Positions 29,260 through 38,796 of a stretch of DNA of 64,000 bases are shown here, piece after piece. The notes under the pieces are model-generated. The model was not told the origin of the DNA and did not search any database. It saw only the letters and a list, made by a program, of their open reading frames with translations. Every line of letters begins with the position of its first letter. Position 1 is the first letter of the stretch. Source of the DNA: a bacterium (GTDB taxonomy: Bacteria > Sumerlaeota > Sumerlaeia > MVZB01). The position numbers and the translations under genes were made by a program. The stretch is from contig JAJFUE010000029.1 in NCBI GenBank assembly GCA_021372575.1, forward strand, positions 22,646 to 86,645. The letters run 5' to 3'.

Positions 29260-29578
29260 TCTTTTCGATCGCCTGTTGAATGCCGGCGCGCTGCTCGGCC
29301 AGCAGCACCCGGCGTTTGAGGCGCTCGTTCTCGCGCCTCAGGCGCGTCCGCTCCTCGTCACGCGGCGCCTTCGGCCGGCCGCCCGCCCTCGCGTCCAGCG
29401 CTTTCATCAGCCCGGCCAGGCCCCGCTGCTCCCATTTGTAGTAGGTCTTGCGGCTCACGCCCAGGCGCCGGGCCGCCTCCGCCGCCGTCATCGTCCCGCT
29501 GCGCACCTGGACGATCAGCTCCGCTCTCACCCGCTGCATCTCTTCCGACATCTGCTGCTGCTTCGGCTTGCCCGCCAT
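29189..29578 (-). CDS. IS3-family-like transposase OrfA (HTH)
   Basis: 129 aa. HTH …TAAEAARRLGVSRKTYYKWEQR… and a leucine-zipper-like C-terminus. A poly-A slippery run (A9 G) lies in the orfA/orfB overlap at about 29207..29225. Confidence 0.6.
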   Translation of the reverse strand: MAGKPKQQQMSEEMQRVRAELIVQVRSGTMTAAEAARRLGVSRKTYYKWEQRGLAGLMKALDARAGGRPKAPRDEERTRLRRENERLKRRVLLAEQRAGIQQAIEKIESRDTAPGPATKKKERDPHDDR

Positions 29579-31223
29579 CGCATTCGCTCCTCAATGCCGT
29601 CAGATCGTTCAACTGGATGTCTTCGCCATCGGTTCCTTCGCCTCGGCCGGCTTCGCCGCACTCACCGGCGGCCGTCCCTGCTGCAGGCGCGCCAACCGCT
29701 CCTGGAAGCGGATCATCTTGCCGCTGCGCGAGATCGCCTTGCGCTCGAGCAACTGCTGAAGCCGCGGCCCCAGGATCGGCCCCTTCTCCTCTTCCTCGCG
29801 TGTTCTCGGTTCCAAGGCTTTCAGCATACCCTCCATCGCCTGGTCCTGCCACTGATTGAGCTGGCCCCACTGAATCCCCAGCTCCTTGCACACCTCCGAG
29901 GGCTTGCGCCGCTCGGCCCAGATCGACAGGATCGCCTGGCATTTCTCCCGCGCCGACAAGTGATTGCGCGGCGCGCGCCGCTTCGGCTCCGCCGCCGTCT
30001 TGGCCTCCGTTTTCATTGCTTTCGTCCTCCTTCATTTCATAGACCAGTTCGCGCGGCTCGTCCTCCCCGTCGCTGCCCACCGTCATGCGCAGCTTGCCCT
30101 TTTCGGCCCGGATCACCACCGACTGCTCGCCCATGCGCCCGACCATGTAGAACGGGTCGCGCGGCTTGCCGCGCAGCGCCATCTCCAAAAGGTTCTCCTG
30201 CATGCCCTGCTCGATCGTCTGGCGCAGCGCGTGCTGGATCTCGTAGAAGCGATCGGCCGGGCACAGGCCCCCGATCCCCTGGTGCGGGCGGCGGTGGTTG
30301 TAGTATTGCACCCACATGCGCGTGCGCTCGGCCGCCTCCTCGAACGAGCCGAACTGCGCGCGGCACAGATACTCCGTCCAGATCGTCTTCCAAAAGCGCT
30401 CGACCTTGCCGAGCGTCATCGGGTGGTGCGGCGACGAGCGAAAATGGTGGATGCGGTCCTTGGCCATCTCCTGCTCGAAGCGCGTCTTGCCGCGCCAGTT
30501 CGTGTACTGGCGGCCGTTGTCGGTCAGCATCTCGCGCGGCACGCCGTATTCCGTCACCGCGCGGCGGTAAACTTCCAGGACGTGTTCGGCCGTCTGGCTG
30601 TGAAACAGCCCGAGGCCCGTCACGTAGCGCGAGTAGTCGTCGACGAAGCCGATCAGGTAGGCCTGGCGCCCGCCGAGGCGAAACGTGAAGATGTCGCTCT
30701 GCCACATCTGGTTGGGAGTCGAGCGCTCGAAGAAGCGCGGCTTGGGAGGGTTGCGCGGGGCCCGGTCCCGTCGCGGCTCGATGAGCTTCTCCTCGTGCAG
30801 CGTCCGGCGCACCGTCTCGGCGCTGGCCGGCAGAAAAAACCAGCGCCGCAAGAGCTGCGAGATGCGCCGCACGCCCAGCCCGCCGTCGCGCCGCTTCATC
30901 TCGACGATCCGCTCGCGCACGGCCGGAGCCAGCCGCGGCTGGCTCCGGCCATGCGCGGACTCCAGCCCCGCCGCGCCATGCTCCCGCCAGCGCCGCACCC
31001 ACAGGCTCACCGAGCTCACTCCTACCCCCAACTGCTCGGCCACCAGCTTGACCGGGTAGCCGTCCTCCACGTGGAGATTCACAGCCCGGAGCTTGAGCTC
31101 GTGCGAATGCCGCACCCTGCGGCTACGCCCGGCGTTACCCCCGCGCCGCCGCTCAGATTTGCTTCTCTTTTTCTTTGTGATTTCTTGTTCTTGATCTAAC
31201 TGCTGCTCATCCATGGTAGACAC
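29358..31223 (-). CDS. IS481-family transposase (HTH + DDE). The true 3' end is probably near 30050-30100; the ORF reads through into the neighbouring IS
   Basis: N-terminal HTH, DDE motifs MWQSDIFTF, GFVDDYSRY, TDNGRQY and HPMTLGKVERFW (IS481 signature). The C-terminal roughly 200 aa is low-complexity Gly/Ala-rich and overlaps two HTH ORFs in other frames. Confidence 0.7.
   Translation of the reverse strand: MSTMDEQQLDQEQEITKKKRSKSERRRGGNAGRSRRVRHSHELKLRAVNLHVEDGYPVKLVAEQLGVGVSSVSLWVRRWREHGAAGLESAHGRSQPRLAPAVRERIVEMKRRDGGLGVRRISQLLRRWFFLPASAETVRRTLHEEKLIEPRRDRAPRNPPKPRFFERSTPNQMWQSDIFTFRLGGRQAYLIGFVDDYSRYVTGLGLFHSQTAEHVLEVYRRAVTEYGVPREMLTDNGRQYTNWRGKTRFEQEMAKDRIHHFRSSPHHPMTLGKVERFWKTIWTEYLCRAQFGSFEEAAERTRMWVQYYNHRRPHQGIGGLCPADRFYEIQHALRQTIEQGMQENLLEMALRGKPRDPFYMVGRMGEQSVVIRAEKGKLRMTVGSDGEDEPRELVYEMKEDESNENGGQDGGGAEAARAAQSLVGAGEMPGDPVDLGRAAQALGGVQGAGDSVGPAQSVAGPGDGGYAESLGTENTRGRGEGADPGAAASAVARAQGDLAQRQDDPLPGAVGAPAAGTAAGECGEAGRGEGTDGEDIQLNDLTALRSECDGGQAEAAADVGRDAAGESGADRPGAQRDDDGGGGGPAPGREPQDLLQMGAAGPGRADESAGREGGRPAEGAA
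29609..30016 (-). CDS. Transposase-associated HTH protein (OrfA-like), belonging to an adjacent or nested IS
   Basis: 135 aa HTH (…SAREKCQAILSIWAERRKPSEVCKELGI…). Confidence 0.4.
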   Translation of the reverse strand: MKTEAKTAAEPKRRAPRNHLSAREKCQAILSIWAERRKPSEVCKELGIQWGQLNQWQDQAMEGMLKALEPRTREEEEKGPILGPRLQQLLERKAISRSGKMIRFQERLARLQQGRPPVSAAKPAEAKEPMAKTSS

Positions 31224-31318
31224 TCCTTCAAGAGATCTTCAAAAAACCTCTTTACGAAGTGTTACCCGTTTCCGTTAAATGGGGTGTCTCAGAATCTGGT
31301 TGCTAGGACAGGCACGCG

Positions 31319-31660
31319 ATGCGTGGCGCCGATATCGCGTTTTATCTCATCCATCCTGAGGAGTTGGGTGTCGGCGACACCGTGGATTGCTGGCGCGTGG
31401 AGGGCATCGAACCCGATTCCCTCCTGCGTCTCTGGTCGGAAATGAGGCTGCCCGGGCGCGCATGGCTGCAATTCGAGGTCGATCGTGAAGGCGCCGGATC
31501 AATCATTCGACAGACTGCGATCTTTGACCCTTGCGGCCTGGGCGGTTTGATCTATTGGTATGCATTGTATCCCATGCACCGATTGGTTTTCGTCGGAATG
31601 CTCCGCGAAATCGCGCGCCTGGCCCAAAACGAGGTGCGAGGATCGCGGGGGCCTGAATAG
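31319..31660 (+). pseudogene. 3' fragment of a gene (DUF2867-like C-terminal domain) apparently truncated by the IS insertion
   Basis: The 113-aa ORF starts about 90 bp after the IS481-like end and lacks an N-terminal domain. The assignment is from sequence memory only. Confidence 0.3.
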
Positions 31661-31777
31661 GGTTGCGGAAAATTCCGTTTTTAAGCATTGATTGACAAAT
31701 AATTTTCGATCCTTGATACATTAGTTCAGAAGTCCGGGTGCAATATTATGATTTAGAGCAAGGGTGGAACCCGATCG

Positions 31778-32800
31778 ATGGTCCGTGAGGTTACTCCCGC
31801 ACCGCCCCCAAGCCCCTCCGTATGGAGCGAGGCGACATGGGATCATCTGGAGTGCGCACTGCGCCGCAAGGCTTTGAATTCGCCAACGGACGATGCCGCC
31901 TGGCTGTCGATCGTTCGCGCCTCGCGAAGAATCATGGCGCGCTACACGACAAGTTTTTTCATCGTCAGCCGTTTTCTGCCGCTATTCAAGCGCCAGCGGG
32001 TCGAGGTCATTTACGCGGCCGTGCGTTATCCGGATGAAGTGGTCGATACTTTCCCCCTGAGTGCCCAGGATCGTGGCGCGCGCCTGGCTCGCTGGGCGGA
32101 GGCATACGAACGCGGGCTGAACTGCGCCGGTTTGCGCGAAGCCCTCAAGGCCGAGGTTCCCGCGTTTCTGGCTGCCTTTACGCGCGTGGTGCGCGAGTAT
32201 CGAATCCCCCCGGAACACTACCGCTCATTTCTGACGGCGATGCGCCGCGATATCTCGCCGCGCCCGTTTCAATCGCTTGAGGATCTGATCGAGAACTACG
32301 TCTATGGCAGCGCGGTTGTTGTCGGCTACTTTCTGGCTTATGTTTACGGCCACTCAACAGGGAGCCGGATGGACGATGCGCTGGCCTGCTCGCGGGATCT
32401 GGGCATTGCCCTGCAACTAACGAATTTCCTGCGCGACGTGAAGGAAGACCAGCGGCGCGGGCGACTATACCTGCCGCTGGACCTGTTGCGCCTGGCCGAA
32501 GCCGATCCTGACGATCTGGATGAACCGGCCAACAGACGCAAGATCCTGACGGTCATCGGGCAAATGACCGATATCGCGGATCGGTATTATCAGCATGCCG
32601 CCATGCGGCTGGATGTCTTCGCGCCGGACTGCCGGGTGGCGATCAAGGCCTGCATCGACGTTTATCGCAAACTCAACGGCCGGATCGCGGCCAGCCCCGA
32701 TTGCATCGGCTGCCGCGAGTCGGTTCCCATGCGCGAGAAACTCGCCGCATTGCCACCGAACAAATACTGGCGTTTGCCCCTGTCGCTGCTAGGGTGGTGA
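31778..32800 (+). CDS. crtB: Phytoene (squalene) synthase family, CrtB-like
   Basis: 340 aa. Trans-IPPS head-to-head motifs (…YAAVRYPDEVVDTF…, …LQLTNFLRDVKEDQRRGRLYLP…). Confidence 0.75.
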   Translation: MVREVTPAPPPSPSVWSEATWDHLECALRRKALNSPTDDAAWLSIVRASRRIMARYTTSFFIVSRFLPLFKRQRVEVIYAAVRYPDEVVDTFPLSAQDRGARLARWAEAYERGLNCAGLREALKAEVPAFLAAFTRVVREYRIPPEHYRSFLTAMRRDISPRPFQSLEDLIENYVYGSAVVVGYFLAYVYGHSTGSRMDDALACSRDLGIALQLTNFLRDVKEDQRRGRLYLPLDLLRLAEADPDDLDEPANRRKILTVIGQMTDIADRYYQHAAMRLDVFAPDCRVAIKACIDVYRKLNGRIAASPDCIGCRESVPMREKLAALPPNKYWRLPLSLLGW

Positions 32801-32804
32801 ATCA

Positions 32805-34301
32805 ATGGGCCCTGGCCAAACAAGTAACTTGCGACGCGTCGCGGTGGTCGGGGCGGGGCTCGGCGGGCTCAGCGCCGCGATTCATCTTCGTCTGCGCGGA
32901 TTCGACATCACGCTCTACGAAGCAGGGGAACAAGTTGGCGGCCGCGCGAATCGGATTTCCGAGGGCGGGTTCACCTTTGACACGGGTCCGACCCTGCTCA
33001 ATTATCCCTGGGTCTTCGAACAGCTTTTCGCGGACGCCGGCAAAAGGCTTGAGGATTATGTGGAATTGCTGCCGGTCGAACCCTCCATCCGATATCTGTG
33101 GCCCGGGGGCGAGAGCCTGGGGCTGACGAGCAATCTGATCGGACTGGTGCGGGAATTCCAACGCCTGGAGCCGGGGTCGGGACCCGGGCTGTTCGCCTTT
33201 CTCGACGATGCGGCCGAAAAGTACCGTTTCTCATTCGACAAAATGGTCTGCTGCAATGTCGACAACCCGCTGCGATGGCTGGGCGCCTTAACCCCGCGGG
33301 AAATGCTGCGCTCCGGAATCTGGCGCAGCCTCGACCGGGAACTGGCGCGGTTTTTCCGCAGTCCGCTGATTCGCGAGGCGCTCGGGTCCTATGGCATGTA
33401 TCTTGGCGGTTCCCCGCATCGGCTACCCGGGATCTTCTCGATATTGCCTTACGGCGAGCTGGCGATGGGGCTCTGGCTGCCGCGCGGCGGGATCTACGGT
33501 CTGGTTCTTGGGATCGAAAAATTGGCGCGCGAAATGGGCATTCGCATTCTCACCAGACAGCGGATCCAGCGCATCATCCAGCGCGCCGGCGCCATTGCCC
33601 AGTTGGAGTTTGCCGATGGCCGAATCGAGGACTGGCCGCTGGTCATCGCCAATGTGGACGTCCCCACGGTCCAGCATCGGCTCCTGGCCGGCGACGGCTA
33701 CCGGCCGCCCAAACCCCTGAAGATGACCCCCGCGGTCATGACCTTTTACTGGGGTGTTCAAGGCGAGATCGGCGGCGCCGGGCATCATACGGTCTTCATG
33801 CCTCAGGATAGCGCGCGCGCTTATCATGAACTCATCGTGCGCCACCGGATCCCCGAAGTACTTCCGTTTTACATGAGCATCGCTTCGGCGACCGATCGGG
33901 CGCTGGCGCCTCCCGGCGCTTCAACCGTGATGATCCTGGTCCCCTTGCCTCAGCCGGCCCATTTGCAGGGTATCGACGAAAGCCGACTCAAGGACGATAT
34001 CAGGCAGCGGGTTCTTGACAGACTGGGACAACATCGAATCGAAATCCCGCGGCAGGCCATCGTCATGGAACGGATCATGGCACCGGCGCAATGGGGCGAA
34101 CGCTTTGGACTTTTTGAGGGCTCCGCATTCGGCGCGGCGCACACTCTTTTCCAGATGGGCGCGTTCCGCTACCCCAATCGCGAGCGGGGCGTCCGGGGAT
34201 TATACTACACCGGCGCCAGCACAACGCCCGGAACAGGATTGCCCATGGTGGTCCTCAGCGGAAGAATGACCGCGGAAAGGGTCTGCTCGGATGTTTGTTA
34301 A
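32805..34301 (+). CDS. crtI: Phytoene desaturase family FAD-dependent oxidoreductase (CrtI-like)
   Basis: 498 aa. N-terminal dinucleotide fold VAVVGAGLGGLSAAIHL…EAGEQVGGRA. CrtI-family length. Confidence 0.7.
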   Translation: MGPGQTSNLRRVAVVGAGLGGLSAAIHLRLRGFDITLYEAGEQVGGRANRISEGGFTFDTGPTLLNYPWVFEQLFADAGKRLEDYVELLPVEPSIRYLWPGGESLGLTSNLIGLVREFQRLEPGSGPGLFAFLDDAAEKYRFSFDKMVCCNVDNPLRWLGALTPREMLRSGIWRSLDRELARFFRSPLIREALGSYGMYLGGSPHRLPGIFSILPYGELAMGLWLPRGGIYGLVLGIEKLAREMGIRILTRQRIQRIIQRAGAIAQLEFADGRIEDWPLVIANVDVPTVQHRLLAGDGYRPPKPLKMTPAVMTFYWGVQGEIGGAGHHTVFMPQDSARAYHELIVRHRIPEVLPFYMSIASATDRALAPPGASTVMILVPLPQPAHLQGIDESRLKDDIRQRVLDRLGQHRIEIPRQAIVMERIMAPAQWGERFGLFEGSAFGAAHTLFQMGAFRYPNRERGVRGLYYTGASTTPGTGLPMVVLSGRMTAERVCSDVC

Positions 34302-35073
34302 GCAATATGGATCGGGCGATCGGCTCTTTCTTTGCCTGCATGGCTGGGGTGGCGACCACCGGGAGTTTGCCCCCCTGGCATCTCGACTGCCCGAAGGCGC
34401 GTGTCTGCTGAGCGTCGATTTGCCGGGCTATGGACAAAGTCCCAGACCGGCTGAGTGGACGATGGATTCCATCGTGTCCGGGTTGCGTGGCGAGCTTGAC
34501 CGCCGCTCGGATCAACCCTGGACGCTTGTCGGATTCTGCAGCGGCGCGATCCTGGCTCTGCTTATCGCCACGCAGGCCCCGGAACGGGTGCGGCGTGTTG
34601 TCCTCATCGATCCGTTCGCATTCGTCCCGTGGTACTTCCGGATATTCCTGGCCGGCGAATTCGGCCGCCGCGCATATCACACAACCTTCCAGACCCACGC
34701 GGGCCGCGCGCTCACCGATTGGGTGCTCAAACGATTCCAGACCGCCGATGCCGACTTCACGCGCTCCTTCGTCAACCTGGATCACGAAGTCACCCTGCGC
34801 TACCTGGAATTACTCGGCACCGTTGAAATCCAACAGTTCCGCGGCCTCTCGATGGCCATCGACATCATTCATGGCAAGCACACATTCCGTGCCGTCCGCC
34901 GCTCGGTCGGGATTTACCGCAAGCTCTGGCCGCACTCGCAGGTGAGGATTCTGCCCGGCGTGGGGCACCTGCCGATGATCAAGGGTGCCCGGCAATTGGC
35001 GGCAATCATTTTCGGATCTCCCGACGGCGAGGCTGCCGGCAGTCAACCGTTGCGGGACCCATCGTCAAAATGA
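34291..35073 (+). CDS. Alpha/beta-fold hydrolase/acyltransferase with a GxCxG (Cys) nucleophile elbow
   Basis: 260 aa. HGWGGD oxyanion region, nucleophile elbow VGFCSGA, C-terminal GVGHLPM His region. Confidence 0.55.
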   Translation: MFVKQYGSGDRLFLCLHGWGGDHREFAPLASRLPEGACLLSVDLPGYGQSPRPAEWTMDSIVSGLRGELDRRSDQPWTLVGFCSGAILALLIATQAPERVRRVVLIDPFAFVPWYFRIFLAGEFGRRAYHTTFQTHAGRALTDWVLKRFQTADADFTRSFVNLDHEVTLRYLELLGTVEIQQFRGLSMAIDIIHGKHTFRAVRRSVGIYRKLWPHSQVRILPGVGHLPMIKGARQLAAIIFGSPDGEAAGSQPLRDPSSK

Positions 35074-35212
35074 ACCGATGGACCGGGGCTTGGATAATCT
35101 TTGGGCTTTTCCCACATGGGTGCGATGATGTAAAAAGAAACGGTCAACGAGTAGAACATTTTTATCAGCGTCAATCGGGTCATAACCTTCTCCGTCGTGT
35201 GAGTGATGCAAG

Positions 35213-36157
35213 GTGTCCATGATGAGCCGTGAACTTGCGGAATTCCTGGCGCGCTATGGCAAGCAACTCGAAATGAGCCTGGTTGAGTGGCTGCCGCGAT
35301 CGGACCGGCCCGGAACCGACAGGTTCAACGAGGCGCTGCATTACGCCCTGTTTCCCGGCGGAAAACGGATGCGTCCGCTTTTTTCGCTGCTCGCGGTCAA
35401 TACGGTCGGCGGCGATCCCGAAGCCGCCCTGCCGATGGCCTGCGCCATGGAATATCTGCATACCTGCTCATTAATATTTGACGATCTGCCGGCCATGGAC
35501 AACGCGCCGCTGCGTCGCGGCCGCCCTGCCGTCCATGCGGCCTTCGGCCAAGACGTTGCCATCCTGGTTGCATTGGCCCTGTTCAATCAGACCTATGCGT
35601 TGGTTCATCAGGCCGGGTGCAGGGGCTCCGACACGGCACGGCTGGCGCGCCTCATGAATGAGCTGGCCGTCTGCATCGGGCCGGACGGCATGATCGGCGG
35701 GCAGGTGGTGGACCTCTGGTTGAGAAGCCATGCGGATGAGCGTCTCCGGCCGATCAGTTACCTGAAGACGACCGCTCTGATGCGCCTGATGCTCATGGCG
35801 GGCGGGATCGTCGCCGGGGCACGCGAGGATCAATTGGAAGCGCTGTTGAAATATGGCGAAAACCTTGGCATGGCTTATCAGCTCCTCGATGACATCGTCG
35901 ATGAGGCGGAAGATCCCGCAACTTCGGCCCATGGCGCGGGCGTCGATGCCGCCGCATACCGGAGGAACGCCGACGCATATCTGGCGGAAGCGCGCCGCGG
36001 ACTCACCGATCGCCTGCCGCATGCCCAGACGAAGCTGCTCCTGGAATTCACGGACCTGATATTTGAACAGCTCAAAGCGCAAGCCATCCCCACCCTGGAA
36101 GGTCTGTCCGCATCACCCATGGTCAATTCCCCGGCCGCCCAAAGCCCCGCATGGTGA
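35213..36157 (+). CDS. crtE: Polyprenyl (geranylgeranyl) diphosphate synthase, CrtE-like
   Basis: 314 aa. FARM LIFDDLPAMDNAPLRRG and SARM YQLLDDIVD. Confidence 0.75.
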   Translation: MSMMSRELAEFLARYGKQLEMSLVEWLPRSDRPGTDRFNEALHYALFPGGKRMRPLFSLLAVNTVGGDPEAALPMACAMEYLHTCSLIFDDLPAMDNAPLRRGRPAVHAAFGQDVAILVALALFNQTYALVHQAGCRGSDTARLARLMNELAVCIGPDGMIGGQVVDLWLRSHADERLRPISYLKTTALMRLMLMAGGIVAGAREDQLEALLKYGENLGMAYQLLDDIVDEAEDPATSAHGAGVDAAAYRRNADAYLAEARRGLTDRLPHAQTKLLLEFTDLIFEQLKAQAIPTLEGLSASPMVNSPAAQSPAW

Positions 36158-36164
36158 GCAGTTC

Positions 36165-37331
36165 ATGGAAATCGTCCTGATACTGCTGCTGTTCACCAAC
36201 CTGGGAATCCTTGCTCTGGTCGTCTGGAACAGCCTGGCCTGGCCCAAAGCGGGAATATCCATCGAAAACCGGAACGAGACGGGGGAAACCTGCTCGATTC
36301 TGATTCCGGCGCGAAACGAGGAAAACAACATCGGCGCCTGTCTGGACGCGGCGATGGCCCAGGCGAGCCCCGTGCGCGAAATCATCGTCTGTGACGATCA
36401 TTCCGAAGACGCCACCGCCGCCCTCGCGCGCGGATATGCCCTGCGGGACTCACGCATCCGGCTGATCGAGGCGATGGAACTTCCCGAGGGCTGGTGCGGC
36501 AAGCCATTCGCCTGCGCCACGCTCGCCGCGGCCGCCCGATGCGACTGGCTTCTGTTTATCGACGCCGACACGCGTCTGGCGACCGGGGCCGCCGAGCGGA
36601 TGATGGACGAAGCCATCCGGAAAAAGCTCAGCTTGCTTTCCTGCTGGCCGGGCCTGGTTCTGGAGGGTTTCTGGGAAAAGACGTTGATGCCCATGCTGAA
36701 CTTCGTGGTCTTCACGCTTTTCCCGGCCCCCCTCTCGCTTCTGCGCCCCGATCCCTCGCTCGGCCTGGCCCATGGCGCCTGTATCCTGATCCGGCGAGCC
36801 GACTACGAAAAAAACGGCGGCCATCGCCTGGTGTCCGATCGATTATTCGAGGATACCGCGCTGGCTCGCGCCTGGCGCGCCGGCGGCCGGCGCAGCCTCT
36901 GCCTGGATGGCCAGGACCTCGTTCGCGTTCGGATGTATGATTCGCTGGATGGAATCTGGACCGGATTTCAGAAGAACTTTTTCCCCGCGTTCAGGAAAAC
37001 GCACGGCTTCTGGATGTTCATCCTGCTGCATATGGTCGTATTTTGGTTTCCATTTATTGCCTGTCTCCTGTCCGCCATCCTGGGTTGGGGGTTCCGGCTC
37101 GCCGCAGCAAGCGCCGCGTGCGTCCTGGCGATGCGAGCCGTCCAGGCCTGGCGTTTCCGCTATCCGGCCTGGTCCGTGTTGCTCCACCCACTTGCTGAAG
37201 GGATGCTGCTTGCGGTTGGACTCAGTTCCTGGTGGCGCTGCCGGAGCGGGCGTGGCGTAACCTGGAAAGGCCGGATCTATTGCCCATCCAGAGCCCCGGG
37301 GGGTATGAAGCGGAGTCCCATGCATGAATAA
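36165..37331 (+). CDS. Family 2 glycosyltransferase (carotenoid glycosyltransferase CruC/CrtX-like)
   Basis: Start MEIVLILLL at 36165 (ORF track begins at 36063). N-terminal TM helix, GT-A motifs ILIPARNEE, CDDHSED…, DAD. Confidence 0.6.
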   Translation: MEIVLILLLFTNLGILALVVWNSLAWPKAGISIENRNETGETCSILIPARNEENNIGACLDAAMAQASPVREIIVCDDHSEDATAALARGYALRDSRIRLIEAMELPEGWCGKPFACATLAAAARCDWLLFIDADTRLATGAAERMMDEAIRKKLSLLSCWPGLVLEGFWEKTLMPMLNFVVFTLFPAPLSLLRPDPSLGLAHGACILIRRADYEKNGGHRLVSDRLFEDTALARAWRAGGRRSLCLDGQDLVRVRMYDSLDGIWTGFQKNFFPAFRKTHGFWMFILLHMVVFWFPFIACLLSAILGWGFRLAAASAACVLAMRAVQAWRFRYPAWSVLLHPLAEGMLLAVGLSSWWRCRSGRGVTWKGRIYCPSRAPGGMKRSPMHE

Positions 37332-38796
37332 ACCCCACGCCGCTGTTATTGGTGGAGGCCTCGGCGGATTGGCCGCCGCGTTGCGCTTGGCCGTCCGCCA
37401 CTGGGATGTGACTGTCTTTGAGCAGGGAAACATGCTCGGCGGCAAAATGAATCGCTGGTCGCGGGACGGTTTTCAGTTCGATACCGGACCCTCGCTAATC
37501 ACCATGCCTTGGATTTTCTCGGAACTCTTCGCGGCCGCGGGCGAAGACTTGCGGGACCATCTCCAATTGCAGCTTGTCGACCCGCTCGCCAATTATATCT
37601 TTGATGATGGCGTTCGGTTTCAGGTTGCGGCGTCGCTGCCGAAGTGGCTTGCGACCCTGCGTCGGCTTGAGCCTCGCGGCGACCGCCATTTTCTCGAATT
37701 CATGCAGCATGGCTCGCGAATTTATGAGCTTTCCGCGCGCACCTTTTTCCGCCGCCCGCCCACCGAGCCCCCCGATCTGGCGGGACTGGCCGCGTTGCGC
37801 TTTTTCCCATTGCGTCGCGCCTGGGGCCGATACGACCGGGCCGTGGAGTCCTTCTTCAAGAGTCCCCACCTGCGCCAGTTGTATCAGCGTTTTTCCACCT
37901 ACGTCGGCTCCTCCCCCAGCCGCATTCCGGCCATGCTGCTCCTGATTCCCTACCTCGAACACGCTTTCGGCGGATGGTATGTTCCGGGCGGACTCTATCG
38001 TATCATCGAGAGCCTCACCGCCCTGGCGGAGCGGCGGGGAGTCAGCCTGCGCATGAATCAGCGCGTTGCGCGGATCGTTTCCCGCGCCGGCAAAGTCGTC
38101 GGCGTTGAACTGGGAGACGGCTCGTTTCACGCCTGTGACGTGGCGATCATGAACGGTGACGCCTCGATGGCGCAAGTTCTGCTCGGTGAGAAGAACGCCG
38201 CCCCGCTGCCCGAATCCCAACGCTCGCTCTCGGGCTTCGTGATGCTGCTGGGCATCAGGCGGCGGCTTGCGGACCTTGGGCATCACACGGTTTATTTTTC
38301 CGCGGATTATCGGCGGGAATTCGATGATCTTTTCACGCGCCGCCGCTTTCCCGCGGAACCGACGGTCTATGTCAGCATGCCCAGCCGCAGTGATCGATCG
38401 ATCGCGCCCGAAGACGGCGAAGCGCTGTTTATCATGGCCAACGCTCCGGCCAACGATTGCGACGCATGGGACGATCATGCTGTCGGCGAGGCCCGCCATC
38501 GCATTTTTGAACGGTTGCAAAAAGGCGGTTTCCCCGAGATTGAGCGGGATATCGCCGTATCGAACATCTGGACACCCCGACGCATGGCGGCCGCATATGA
38601 CATGCCCGGCGGCGCGATTTACGGCTCGCACTCCCACGGCTGGCGCCACGCCTTTCTGCGTCCGCCCAATCAAGATCGGCGCCATCGCGGCCTTTACTAC
38701 GTGGGGGGGAGCGTTCATCCCGGCGGCGGAACGCCGACCGTTCTGATGTCGGCCCGCATCGTCAGCGAGATGATTTGCAAAAATGAAGCCCAGTAA
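37324..38796 (+). CDS. Phytoene desaturase-family enzyme, CrtD-like (carotenoid 3,4-desaturase) candidate
   Basis: 490 aa. AAVIGGGLGGLAAALRL…FEQGNMLGGK. Second CrtI-family paralog in the cluster. Confidence 0.65.
   Translation: MNKPHAAVIGGGLGGLAAALRLAVRHWDVTVFEQGNMLGGKMNRWSRDGFQFDTGPSLITMPWIFSELFAAAGEDLRDHLQLQLVDPLANYIFDDGVRFQVAASLPKWLATLRRLEPRGDRHFLEFMQHGSRIYELSARTFFRRPPTEPPDLAGLAALRFFPLRRAWGRYDRAVESFFKSPHLRQLYQRFSTYVGSSPSRIPAMLLLIPYLEHAFGGWYVPGGLYRIIESLTALAERRGVSLRMNQRVARIVSRAGKVVGVELGDGSFHACDVAIMNGDASMAQVLLGEKNAAPLPESQRSLSGFVMLLGIRRRLADLGHHTVYFSADYRREFDDLFTRRRFPAEPTVYVSMPSRSDRSIAPEDGEALFIMANAPANDCDAWDDHAVGEARHRIFERLQKGGFPEIERDIAVSNIWTPRRMAAAYDMPGGAIYGSHSHGWRHAFLRPPNQDRRHRGLYYVGGSVHPGGGTPTVLMSARIVSEMICKNEAQ

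Noticed and set aside
29003-31199. Long plus-strand ORFs 29003..30688 (561 aa) and 29964..31199 (411 aa)
   Set aside because: Antisense and off-frame to the IS transposase genes. They are extreme Arg/Pro/Ala-rich low complexity.
37495-38718. 407-aa minus ORF
   Set aside because: Antisense to the CrtD-like desaturase gene, which has a clear FAD-binding N-terminus.
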